The notes below the pieces were generated by a model that ran no database searches, was not told the DNA's origin, and worked only from the letters and a program-made list of their open reading frames with translations. A DNA stretch of 64,000 bases from an uncultured Gemmatimonadaceae bacterium. Lineage in GTDB: Bacteria > Gemmatimonadota > Gemmatimonadetes > Gemmatimonadales > Gemmatimonadaceae. The stretch lies in NCBI GenBank assembly GCA_963829055.1, contig CAWHHI010000011.1, forward strand, positions 32,001 through 96,000, read 5' to 3'. Below, piece by piece: positions 24,171 through 33,651 of the stretch. Every line of letters begins with the position of its first letter. Position 1 is the first letter of the stretch. Made by a program: the position numbers and the translations under genes.

Positions 24171-24539
24171 CTACTTGAGGTGCTTGTTCACCAGCTTCGT
24201 CATGTCGAACATCGACACCTGGCCCTTGCCACCGAAGATCGGCTTGAGCTTGTCGTCGGCGTTGATCATGCGACGGTTCTTCGCGTCCTGCAGGTTGTTC
24301 TTCTTGATGTACTGCCAGAGCTTCTTGGTCACCTCGGTGCGCGGCATCGGCGAGGCACCGACGACCGGCGCGAGCTGCGCGGACGGCGTCATCGGCTTCA
24401 TGAATGCCGGGTTCGGCGCGCGCTTGGTCTTCTTCGCAGGGGCCTTCTTCGCAGCAGCCTTTTTCGCGGGCGCTTTCTTCGCGGCGGCTTTCTTCGTCGC
24501 GCCCTTCTTGGCAGCGGCCTTCTTCTTGGCAGTGGCCAT
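24171..24539 (-). CDS. SWIB/MDM2 domain protein with histone H1-like Lys/Ala-rich N-terminus
   Basis: KKAAAKK repeats, then FMKPMTPSAQLA...PRTEVTKKLWQYIKKNNLQD...INADDKLKPIFG...SMFDMTKLV. Confidence 0.92.
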   Translation of the reverse strand: MATAKKKAAAKKGATKKAAAKKAPAKKAAAKKAPAKKTKRAPNPAFMKPMTPSAQLAPVVGASPMPRTEVTKKLWQYIKKNNLQDAKNRRMINADDKLKPIFGGKGQVSMFDMTKLVNKHLK

Positions 24540-24765
24540 CGATGGTCTCCTGGTGGGTGATCGAAACGCGTTCTCTCTCTATGGCGAACACGAATCCGTC
24601 GCCGCACAAACTAAAGACCCTCGGGCCATATGCAATAGGACCAAGGGCGTTTTTCCCTATGAAGACGGGGCAAAAGTGCTCGATTTTCCCTATGAGCGCT
24701 CGTCAGGCAGTAGCGCGGCGCGCCGCGCCGCGCGGCTATCAGCCATCAGCCATCGGCCGATCAGC

Positions 24766-25656
24766 TCAACTGACAGTCGTGAGTTTCTTCAGCAACTCCA
24801 TCATTTTCACGTCGTACGGATCAGGCGAATCGTCATCATCCGCGATGTCGTAATGCTCCTGCGGCGTCTCGAGAATCAGCGGAATTCCCTTCGTACGCGC
24901 GTCCTCGAGCAGCCATCGAAATGGCTCGACGCCGATCTTCCCGTCGCCGATGAGCACGTGACGATCCTTGTTCGAGCCGAGCGCGCCCTCACTGTCGTTC
25001 AGGTGAAAGAAGCTCGGCTTCTCTCCCGTCGTGTTCTCGAACAGATCGAGCACGATGCGCACCGCGTCCTCCGACATCGTGATGTCGTGACCGCTCGCGT
25101 AGAGGTGACACGTGTCGAGCCCATAGCCGGTGCGCTCACGCAGCGACGTGGGCACGTGCGAGAGAATCTCACCGACTTCTTCGGCGGTTCGTCCCATGGT
25201 ACGACCAGCGCCCGCGGTGTTCTCCACGAGCAGACGTGTAGGGCCAGGCACGGTCTTCACCGCGACCTCGATGGCTTTCGCGATGCGCTTCGCCGAGACG
25301 GACCGGTCGCTGTCCTTCGCGGAGCCCGGGTGAAAGCACACGGCGCCGATGCCGAGTGCCGCGGCACGTTCCACTTCCTTCGTGAGGCCGAGCGTCGCGC
25401 GCTCGTACGTCGCATCGTCAGGCGTCGCGACACTGAGCACGTACGCCGCATGCGCGACAATGTGCTCGGGTCGAATCTCCGACTCCGCGAGCGCGGCGCG
25501 AAATCGCTCGACGCGCTCGGGGCGAACGGAGATCTTCTCGTTATAGAACTGCGGCTTGGCAGTGAACACCTGCAGTGCACGCATGCCGCTGCGAGCGGCA
25601 CGACGCACGGCCATCTGAATTCCACCGTTATCGATGGTATGGGCACCGAAGAGCAT
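24766..25656 (-). CDS. nfo: Endonuclease IV (AP endonuclease)
   Basis: GAH, HAAY, FHPGS, ENTAG, LDTCHLYASG, HLNDS, DRH, ILETP. Confidence 0.93.
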   Translation of the reverse strand: MLFGAHTIDNGGIQMAVRRAARSGMRALQVFTAKPQFYNEKISVRPERVERFRAALAESEIRPEHIVAHAAYVLSVATPDDATYERATLGLTKEVERAAALGIGAVCFHPGSAKDSDRSVSAKRIAKAIEVAVKTVPGPTRLLVENTAGAGRTMGRTAEEVGEILSHVPTSLRERTGYGLDTCHLYASGHDITMSEDAVRIVLDLFENTTGEKPSFFHLNDSEGALGSNKDRHVLIGDGKIGVEPFRWLLEDARTKGIPLILETPQEHYDIADDDDSPDPYDVKMMELLKKLTTVS

Positions 25657-25678
25657 GAAGAGGATTGCTGGTTGCTGG

Positions 25679-25775
25679 TTGTTGCTTGCACGTCGCTCGG
25701 GCGCTCGCAGCGCGCTGCGAACAGCGGCTGCGTGGTAGATGCTAAGCAGTCCTGAGAGCGACGTGCAAGCAACAA
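25679..25775. repeat. Intergenic perfect 20-bp inverted repeat
   Basis: TTGTTGCTTGCACGTCGCTC ... GAGCGACGTGCAAGCAACAA. Confidence 0.75.
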
Positions 25776-25806
25776 GCGGAGCGCAGCTTGTGCGCGCAGC
25801 TGATCG

Positions 25807-26652
25807 CTATCGCAGCGTGCCCACGCGCGCGATCACCGCGCGATCCTTCCCGTGCCAGCCCACCGCGACGAGCGGCTGCCGCAGCGCGACCAACGGACGC
25901 TCGGCGATCGTCGCACCGGCCGATGCTTCGGGACGCTCACGCGCGAAGATGTGGCCCCACGTGCGCGACATCGCGAGCGCGATCTGCGAGCGCTCGCTGT
26001 TCGGATCCTCGAACGCGACGATCACCATGCTGTCCGCCGCCGCGACCGCCGTCGCCGACGGACGCTCGCCGTACATGATCGGCACTGGTGCGTGAAACAG
26101 CTCGCCGCGCTCCATCGAATGCGCGAAGAACACGCCGGGCCCGCCCGTGCTATTCAGGAAGTACGTGACGTGCACGTACCCCGATTTCGCATCGGCCGCG
26201 ATCGCCGGCGCAGGACGCGAGCACGAGTTCGCACCGCGATCCGTGGTATCGACGGGCACCGCCGGTGTCCACGTGCCACCCGCATCGTCCGAGCGCGCCG
26301 AGACGAGCGCGGCGCGGCCGGCCGAGCGGCGAGACCACCAGACGCTGTATAGCTCCGTGGCTGACATCGCGGCCGTGCGCAACGAGCCGGGGCACGCGGC
26401 CGTATCCGCGGGCGAGGTCGCCGACGCAACGAGGCTCTCGAGCACGGGAGATCCATCTTCGCGCAGGACGAGGTGTGCATTCGGCGCCGGCGGCACAGAT
26501 AGATCGTCACCCGGCGTGGGCATCACGATCTGTCTCGCGTCACCGCGCCACTCGACCGGCTCCTTCACGCAGGCGCCAAGGACGAGCACACTCATGCTGA
26601 GCGTGGTAAGCGCACCGAGCCGCAGGAATGCGAATCGCGTCCGGGAGCGCAT
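25807..26652 (-). CDS. Hypothetical lipoprotein with BNR/Asp-box-like repeats
   Basis: VLVLGAC lipobox; ARSDDAGGTW, AHSMERGELF, AMSRTWGHIF motifs. Confidence 0.6.
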   Translation of the reverse strand: MRSRTRFAFLRLGALTTLSMSVLVLGACVKEPVEWRGDARQIVMPTPGDDLSVPPAPNAHLVLREDGSPVLESLVASATSPADTAACPGSLRTAAMSATELYSVWWSRRSAGRAALVSARSDDAGGTWTPAVPVDTTDRGANSCSRPAPAIAADAKSGYVHVTYFLNSTGGPGVFFAHSMERGELFHAPVPIMYGERPSATAVAAADSMVIVAFEDPNSERSQIALAMSRTWGHIFARERPEASAGATIAERPLVALRQPLVAVGWHGKDRAVIARVGTLR

Positions 26653-26757
26653 CACGAGACGATCGGATATCTTCAAAACGTCGGCCCTCACGTCGGCCCT
26701 CGACCTCGCAGCCTCTACCCCGACTGCCCATGTCTGCCCCAGCGGTGAACCCCCCGC

Positions 26758-28470
26758 GTGCCGCACAGCGCGGCGCGGCCTCCAGACGTACCGGCGCCTG
26801 CAGGCGTCACAAGCCAGCCGGTCCCGAGCATGGGACTGCTGACCGGCTTCAACGGCAACCGTCGCGTGCCCGTGCCCGCGAACGAGCCCGTACGATCGTA
26901 CGCGCCCGGCTCACCCGAGCGCGCCGCCCTCAAGGCACGCCTCGAGTCCATGGCGTCCGAGCGCATCGAAATTCCTGTCATCATCGGTGGCAAGGAATAT
27001 CGCTCGGGGGAGATCGCGCATGCAGTGATGCCGCACTCCCACGGTCACGTGCTCGCGGATTGGCACAAGGCGACGAAGGAGCACGTGCTGCTCGCCGTCG
27101 ATGCCTCACGCGAGGCGCAGCGTGAATGGGCCAACTGGCCCTGGGAAGATCGCGCCGCGGTCTTTCTCAAAGCGGCCGAGCTCCTCTCGACGACGTGGCG
27201 CGCAACGCTCAACGCGGCCACGATGCTCGGCCAGTCGAAGACCGCGTATCAGGCGGAGATCGACTCGGCGTGCGAGCTGATCGACTTCCTGCGCTTCAAC
27301 TGCGCGTTCGCGCAGGAGCTGTACGACGAGCAGCCGTCGAGCAGCAACCAGGCGTGGAATCAGCTCGACTATCGCGCGCTCGAGGGATTCGTCTACGCGG
27401 TGACGCCGTTCAACTTCACGGCGATCGGCGGCAATCTGCCGAGCGCGCCGGCGCTCATGGGGAACAGCGTGATCTGGAAGCCGGCGTCGACGGCGATGCT
27501 CTCCGGCTACTACGTCCTCAAGCTGCTCGAGGCCGCGGGACTTCCGCCCGGCGTGATCAACTTCGTTCCCGGCGACGCGGCGATGATCTCCGACGTGTTG
27601 CTCTCGCATCGCGATCTCGCGGGCGTGCACTTCACGGGCAGCACCGGCGTCTTCAACAGCATGTGGAAGACGATCGGCGCGAACATGAACAAGTATCGCA
27701 CGTACCCGCGCATCGTCGGTGAGACGGGCGGAAAGGACTTCATCATCGCGCATCCGTCGGCGGACGCGCAGGCGCTCGCGGTCGCGATCGCGCGCGGCGG
27801 CTACGAGTACCAGGGCCAGAAATGCTCGGCCGCGAGCCGCGTGTACGTGCCGAAGTCACTCTGGCCGCAGGTGCGTGATGCGACCGTCGGGATGATCGAG
27901 CAGATCCAGATGGGCGACGTCCGCGACTTCCGCAACTTCATGGGCGCGGTGATCGACGAGAAGTCGTTCAAGAAGATCGGCGACTACATCGCCGACGCGA
28001 AGACGAACGCGCGCATCGTGGCTGGTGGCGTCACGAAGGGCGACGAGGGCTACTTCGTCGCGCCGACGCTCATCGAGACGGACCAGCGCGACTATCGCCT
28101 GATGTGCGAGGAGATCTTCGGCCCGGTCGTCACGGCGTTCGTCTACGACGATGACAAGTGGTCGGAGACGCTCGACATCGTCGATGCGACGTCGCCGTAC
28201 GCGTTGACGGGATCGGTGTTCTCGACGGACCGTCGCGCGATTCAGCAGGCGAACGTGGCGCTGCGTAACGCGGCCGGAAACTTCTACATCAACGACAAGC
28301 CGACGGGCGCGGTGGTGGGTCAGCAGCCGTTCGGCGGCTCGCGCGCGAGTGGCACGAACGACAAGGCGGGCTCGAAGCTGAACCTGATGCGCTGGGTGAG
28401 CCCGCGGACGATCAAGGAAACGTTCTCTCCGCCGACGGAGCACACGTATCCATTCATGGCTGAAGAGTAG
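26758..28470 (+). CDS. pruA: 1-pyrroline-5-carboxylate (L-glutamate gamma-semialdehyde) dehydrogenase
   Basis: NEPVRSYAPGS, TPFNFTAIGGNL, FTGS, GETGGK, YQGQKCSA, EEIFGP, NFYINDKPTGAVVGQQPFGG; start uncertain. Confidence 0.95.
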   Translation: MPHSAARPPDVPAPAGVTSQPVPSMGLLTGFNGNRRVPVPANEPVRSYAPGSPERAALKARLESMASERIEIPVIIGGKEYRSGEIAHAVMPHSHGHVLADWHKATKEHVLLAVDASREAQREWANWPWEDRAAVFLKAAELLSTTWRATLNAATMLGQSKTAYQAEIDSACELIDFLRFNCAFAQELYDEQPSSSNQAWNQLDYRALEGFVYAVTPFNFTAIGGNLPSAPALMGNSVIWKPASTAMLSGYYVLKLLEAAGLPPGVINFVPGDAAMISDVLLSHRDLAGVHFTGSTGVFNSMWKTIGANMNKYRTYPRIVGETGGKDFIIAHPSADAQALAVAIARGGYEYQGQKCSAASRVYVPKSLWPQVRDATVGMIEQIQMGDVRDFRNFMGAVIDEKSFKKIGDYIADAKTNARIVAGGVTKGDEGYFVAPTLIETDQRDYRLMCEEIFGPVVTAFVYDDDKWSETLDIVDATSPYALTGSVFSTDRRAIQQANVALRNAAGNFYINDKPTGAVVGQQPFGGSRASGTNDKAGSKLNLMRWVSPRTIKETFSPPTEHTYPFMAEE

Positions 28471-28564
28471 CAGCTATCAGCTATCAGCTATCAGCCATCA
28501 GCCATCAGCCATCAGCTCGAACGGCGTGGCGCGGCGTACTTCCCGAGTACTCCGCGCCACGCCG
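28470..28564 (+). terminator. Heptamer tandem (CAGCTAT/CAGCCAT x6) followed by a hairpin after pruA
   Basis: Tandem repeat 28470-28517; stem CGGCGTGGCGCGG...CCGCGCCACGCCG 28522-28564. Confidence 0.6.
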
Positions 28565-28591
28565 GCGTTAGGTTGAACGCGGCGCGTAACA

Positions 28592-28674
28592 CCCAGCCGC
28601 ACCCAGCGTCACCCAGCAACCAGCACGACCACCCAGCAACCAGCGGCAGTCTCCAGTCCCCAGTCCCTAGTCCC
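28592..28674. repeat. Left inverted-repeat arm upstream of phzF
   Basis: CACCCAGCGTCACCCAGCAACCAGCACGACCACCCAGCAACCAGC...CCAGTCCCCAGTCCC, reverse complement of 29585-29660. Confidence 0.85.
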
Positions 28675-28675
28675 A

Positions 28676-29584
28676 TTGCCATACACGTTCTACACCGCCG
28701 ATGTCTTCACGGACACGCTCTTCGGCGGCAACCAGCTCGGCGTCCTCCCCGATGCGCGTGGTCTCACCACCGAGCAGATGCTCGCCATCACGCGCGAGTT
28801 CAACTACTCCGAGTCGACGTTCGTCTTTCCGCCTGACGATCCGAAGCACACGCGCCGCGTGCGCATCTTCACGCCCGGCGGCGAGGTGCCGTTCGCGGGA
28901 CATCCCACCGTCGGCACCGCGCACGTGCTCGCGGCGATCGGCGAGATTCCGCTCACCGGCGACCTGACGCGCATCGTGTTCGAGGAGAACGTCGGGCCGG
29001 TGCCGGTCACGATTCGCGCTCGCGACGGGAAGCCCGAGTTCGCGCAGCTCTCGGTGGCAATGCTGCCGCAGGTGAGCGAGCCGCCCGTTAGGCGCGAGCG
29101 GCTGGCCGAGCTGCTGTCGCTCGACGTGCAGGATCTGCTGGATGGCGAATACGCGCCGCAGACCGTGTCGTGCGGGCTACCGTTTCTGCTCGTGCCACTG
29201 CGCGATCGTAAAGCGGTCGCGCGCTCGCGACTGAGACTCGAGCCGTGGGAGCAGACGCTTCGGGGCACGCCGTCGGAAATGGTGATGGTGTTCGCGGCGG
29301 ACGCGGAGCGGCCGGGCTCGGACATCCGCGCGCGCATGTACGGGCCGGCGGTGTCGGTCGCGGAAGATCCCGCGACGGGCTCGGCGTGCGCGTGCCTCGC
29401 CGGCTACCTCGCGGCGCGCACGCCGCGCGATGGCACGCTGCGCTGGGTCGTCGAGCAGGGCTTCGAGATGGGCCGCCCGAGCATTCTCGAGATCGAAGCC
29501 GACAAGCAGAACGGCGCCATCACGGCGGTGCGCGTTGGCGGAAAGACTGTGCTTGTTTCGAAGGGAGAGTTGTTAGGCGTGTAG
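28676..29584 (+). CDS. PhzF family isomerase/epimerase
   Basis: DVFT..FGGNQL, EFNYSESTF, RIFTPGGEVPFAGHPTVG, EDPATGSA, EQGFEMGRPS. Confidence 0.93.
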   Translation: MPYTFYTADVFTDTLFGGNQLGVLPDARGLTTEQMLAITREFNYSESTFVFPPDDPKHTRRVRIFTPGGEVPFAGHPTVGTAHVLAAIGEIPLTGDLTRIVFEENVGPVPVTIRARDGKPEFAQLSVAMLPQVSEPPVRRERLAELLSLDVQDLLDGEYAPQTVSCGLPFLLVPLRDRKAVARSRLRLEPWEQTLRGTPSEMVMVFAADAERPGSDIRARMYGPAVSVAEDPATGSACACLAGYLAARTPRDGTLRWVVEQGFEMGRPSILEIEADKQNGAITAVRVGGKTVLVSKGELLGV

Positions 29585-29741
29585 TGGGGACTGGGGACTG
29601 GGAACTGCAGCTGGTTGCTGGGTGGTCGTGCTTGTTGCTGGGTGACGCTGGGTGGGGCTGCATGCAGCGAGCAGCGCGTGGCGTGACCGGGCGGTATTGG
29701 CAGCAGCGGGCAGCGTGCGGCCGCAGCATGCAGCCGTCGGC
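29585..29741. repeat. ~160-bp dispersed repeat (inverted copy at ~59062-59222)
   Basis: GGGGACT heptamers + GTTGCTGGGTG units + GTGACCGGGCGGTATTGGCAGCAGCGGGCAGCGTGCGGCCGCAGCATGCAGCCGTCGGC, near-identical reverse complement at 59 kb. Confidence 0.9.
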
Positions 29742-29845
29742 TGAGGGCGGGCAGCTATCGGATGGCCGCTGGCCTTCGACCTCCTTCCTACGGCCTCTTT
29801 CCTAAGGCCCTCCTTCGGCCCCCTCTTTGCAAACATGGGGGCGTG

Positions 29846-32520
29846 ATGTCACAGACCCGAACCGCTACTCCGCCGTCGGTCCGCGCAATCGACCCCAACG
29901 AGCTGCGCGTGACGCGTCTCCGCGCGCTCCGAGGGCCGAACTACTGGCGCCTCGCACCCGTCATCGCGTGCGACGTGCGACTCGGTGCGCTCGAGTCCGT
30001 CACGTCCGCCGACATCCCGCACTTCAACGAGCAACTCCTCGCCGCTCTGCCCACGTTGCGCGAGCACCCATGCTCACGCGGCGCGCCCGGCGGCTTCGTC
30101 GATCGCCTCGAGCAGGGGACGCACATTCCCCACATCCTCGAGCACGTCGCCCTCGAGCTGCAGAACCTCGCCGGCAGCGACGTCGGGTTCGGGCGCGTCG
30201 TCGAGTCCGGCGACGCCGGCGTGTGGTGGGTCATCGTCGCGTATGAGGAAGAAGACGTCGGCCTCCAGAGCATGCGCGACGCCGTCTCGCTCGTTCGCGC
30301 GTCAATGGGCGGACCGCCCTTCGACATCGCGGCCGCCGTCGCTGAGCTGCAGGACCTCCACGAGCGCGTGAGACTCGGCCCGTCCACATGGGCCATCGTC
30401 GAAGAGGCCCGGCGGCGAGGGATCCCCGTTCGTCGCCTCAACTCACGCTCGCTCGTTCAGCTCGGGCTCGGCCGCAACTTGAGACGCATCCAGGCGACGC
30501 TCACCGATCACTCGAGCGCTATCGCCATAGAGATCGCGCAGGACAAGGACGAGACGAAGCGCGTGCTCGAAGCCGTCGGCTTGCCCGTCCCGCACGGCAA
30601 CGTCGCGGAATCCGCGGACGAGGCGGTCGAGTTCGCGCAGGAGATCGGCTTCCCCGTCATCCTCAAACCACTCGACCTGAGCCATGGCCGCGGCATCTCG
30701 GCGCGGCTCATGGACGAGCAGGCGGTGCGCGAGGCATGGGCACGGTCGGAGCAGTACGCGGATCGCTTCATCGTCGAGCAGTTCTCGGAAGGGCGCGACC
30801 ATCGCGTGCTCGTCATCGGCGGCCGCGTGGTCGCAGTCGCTGAACGCGTGCCCGCGCACGTCGTCGGCGATGGCACGCACACCGTACGTGAGCTCATCGA
30901 CATCGCGAACCAGGACCCGCGACGCGGTGTCGGTCACACGAAGGTCCTGACGCGACTCGCGTGCAACGACGTGACCGCCGAGCATCTGGCGCGATCCGGC
31001 CTAACGCTGACGAGTGTACCGGCGGCTGGCGAACAGGTGTCGCTCGCCGCCACGGCGAACCTCTCGACCGGCGGCACGTCGATCGACCGCACCGACGAGA
31101 TCCACCCGAGCAACGTGACCGCATGCGAGATGGCGGCGGGGGTCGTCGGCCTCGACATCGCGGGCATCGACGTCATGACGCGAGACATCTCGGTGCCGTT
31201 CCGCGAGAACGGCGCGGCGATCATCGAGGTGAACGCGGCACCGGGCGTGCGAATGCACACGCATCCCACGGAAGGCGAACCGCGAAACGTCGGTGCGCCG
31301 ATCATCGACATGCTGTATCCGCCGGGAGCGCCGACGGCCATTCCGGTCGTCGTCGGTGACGGGCACGAACGGGAAGACGACCACCGTTAGGCTCATCGCC
31401 CACATCTTCCGCCATACGGGCAAGACGGTCGGCTTCACGACGACCGACGGCGTGTATCTGAACAACCGGCTCGTCATCGAAGGCGACATGACGGGTCCGT
31501 TCAGCGCGAACATCATCCTGTCGAACCCGACGGTAGACGTCGCCGTGCTGGAGACGGCGCGCGGCGGCATCATCCGCGCGGGGCTCGGGTTCGATGAAGC
31601 CGATGTCGGGGTCGTGCTGAACGTCAGCGCCGATCACCTCGGGCTCGGCGGCATCAATACGCTCGACCAGCTCGCGGACGTGAAGAGCGTGATTGCGGCC
31701 GTCGTGAAGCGCGAAGGCCACGCGGTGCTCAACGCGGACGACCCGCTCGTGCTCGCGATGCGCGAACGATCCCCGGGCGACATCGTGCTGTTCTCGACGA
31801 TGGGAGAGGACGAGAATCCCGCGATCACCGAGCACCTCGCGCGCGCCGGCATCGCGGTGCTCGTCGAGCGCGATACGTTCGTCATCAGACGCGGCCGGCT
31901 GCGTATTCCGATCGCGAGCGTCCGCCAGGTGCCGCTCATGATGGGCGGCGCGGCGCGCTTCCAGCGCGGCAACATCCTGGCGGCCATCGGCACTGCCTAC
32001 GTGCAGGGCATTCGCTACGACGACATCCGCGCGGGGCTGCTCTCGTTCTTCCCCTCCCCGGCGTTGACGCCCGGCCGGCTCAACCTCATGCGCGTCGGGC
32101 GCGGGCGTCTGCTCGTGGACTACGCGCATAACGCGGCGGCGGTGGGCGGCCTCATGGAGCTCGTCGCATCGCTCGATGCCAGTCGCCGCTTCGGTGTGAT
32201 CACCGCGCCCGGCGATCGGCGCGACGAGGACATCCGCGAGCTCGGCCGGCTGGCCGCGGGGCTCGATCGCGTCATCGTGAAGGAAGACAACGACCGGCGA
32301 GGTCGTGAGCCTGGCGAGATCGCGCGGCTGGTGCGCGACGGGCTCACGGCCGGCGGCATGTCGCCGGATGCGATCGAAGTCGTCGCCGACGAGATGGCCG
32401 CAGTCGATCGCCTGGTAGCGAATGCTCGAGGACCACGACATCGGGGTCGTGCTCGCCGACGATGTGCCGGGTGTGCTCGACCATCTGCAGAGACGCGCGC
32501 AGCCCGCGGCGGTGCCATGA
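29846..32520 (+). CDS. cphA: Cyanophycin synthetase CphA1 (frameshifts ~31350 and ~32420)
   Basis: LRGPNYW, Cx19HxxEH, RLGPST, ATP-grasp (LKP...HGRGIS, ANLSTGG, EVNAAPG), Mur domain (VTGTNGKTT, LETARGG, PGRLN, VDYAHN, PGDRRDED). Confidence 0.95.
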
Positions 32521-33651
32521 CCGTGAGCGACGCCGGCAAGCCCGGTGCGCTTCCGGATCCCGCGACGGAGATCCGGATGACGACGCTGCACGCGACGCGT
32601 GGCGCGAACTACTGGTCGCGTCGGCCGGTGACGCGCGTGGACGTGATCGTCGGCGCGTACGACGACATCTCGTCGGCGCACGTACCCGGGGTGACGGCGG
32701 CGCTCGTGGGAGCGATGCCCAGCCTCATCGAGCATCGCTGCAGCATCGGAGAGCGTGGCGGGTTCATCATCCGCCTTCGTCGCGGGACGTACATCCCGCA
32801 CATCGTCGAGCACGTCGCGCTCGAGCTGCAGACGCCTCATCGGTCATGACGTTGGCTACGGCCGCACGCGCGGTGGCGACGTTCCGGGCGAGTACACGAT
32901 CGTGTTCGAGCACATGCACGAAGAAGTCGGGATTCGCGCGGCGGCGCTGGCGCTCGACGTCGTTCAGCGCGCGTTCGCTGGAACGCTCGACTCGGTGGAG
33001 CCCGCGCTGGCCGAGCTGCGCGCGCTCGCCGCTCATCCGCAAGCGGCGCCGCTCAAGGCGCACGTCCTGTGCGGCATCACCGGCGGAGCATGGCGTGCCG
33101 AGACGAGGACGGAGCTTGCGAGCCGAGGCTTCGGCGTCGATGATGATCTGGTGGTGGATGTCGCGCCGGGATACATCCTCCAGGCAGGACTACCCTACTC
33201 TCGATCCGACGCCGCTATCGTGCTCGACGATCAACCGACCGACGTGCCCGAACGGTACCGTGACCCCGAGCGCGCATCGCGCCTCGTGTCTGTCGTGGCG
33301 GACGGCGTGCGCGCTGGCGGCTTGCTCGTCGCGCCGGCGAAATCGTGGGACGTGCAGGATCGCGCCCGCGATGCGGGTTGCCGAGTCGCGGTGTTCGCGA
33401 CGGATGCGAACATCACCGCGCGTGACAAGAAGGTCGCCGGCGCGGCGGCGTGGGTCGAGGATGGTCGCATCGTGTTGGAGCACGTCGATGGCGTCGTCGA
33501 TGGTGGCGCGGTTCGGGACGACGTCGCTCCGACCGTCCAGGTGGCCGCCGCGTTATGCGTCTTCGGCGTCGAGGCCCTGCGGCCCGACCAGCATCCCGGA
33601 CGGGGATCCGCGCGCGCCCTCGAGCACGTGAGCACGCATGGCGTCGGGTAG
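32517..33651 (+). CDS. Truncated CphA paralogue: CphA N-domain plus degenerate Mur-ligase domain, no ATP-grasp (frameshift ~32835)
   Basis: TRGANYWS, HRCSIGERGGFIIRLRRGTYIPHIVEHVALELQ, GYGRTR; then CGITGG and GYILQAGLPYSRSDAAIV resembling the M domain; ATGA overlap with cphA. Confidence 0.85.

Noticed and set aside
24061..25755. Long + strand ORF (564 aa) and similar antisense ORFs (31302-32840, 56034-57485)
   Set aside because: Shadow ORFs opposite well-supported genes, expected at high GC.
28470..28674. CRISPR array
   Set aside because: Repeats are 7-11-bp tandem units with no unique spacers of constant length, and no cas genes are present.
28676..29584. Phenazine biosynthesis cluster
   Set aside because: PhzF homologues are widespread as singletons; no other phz genes are present.
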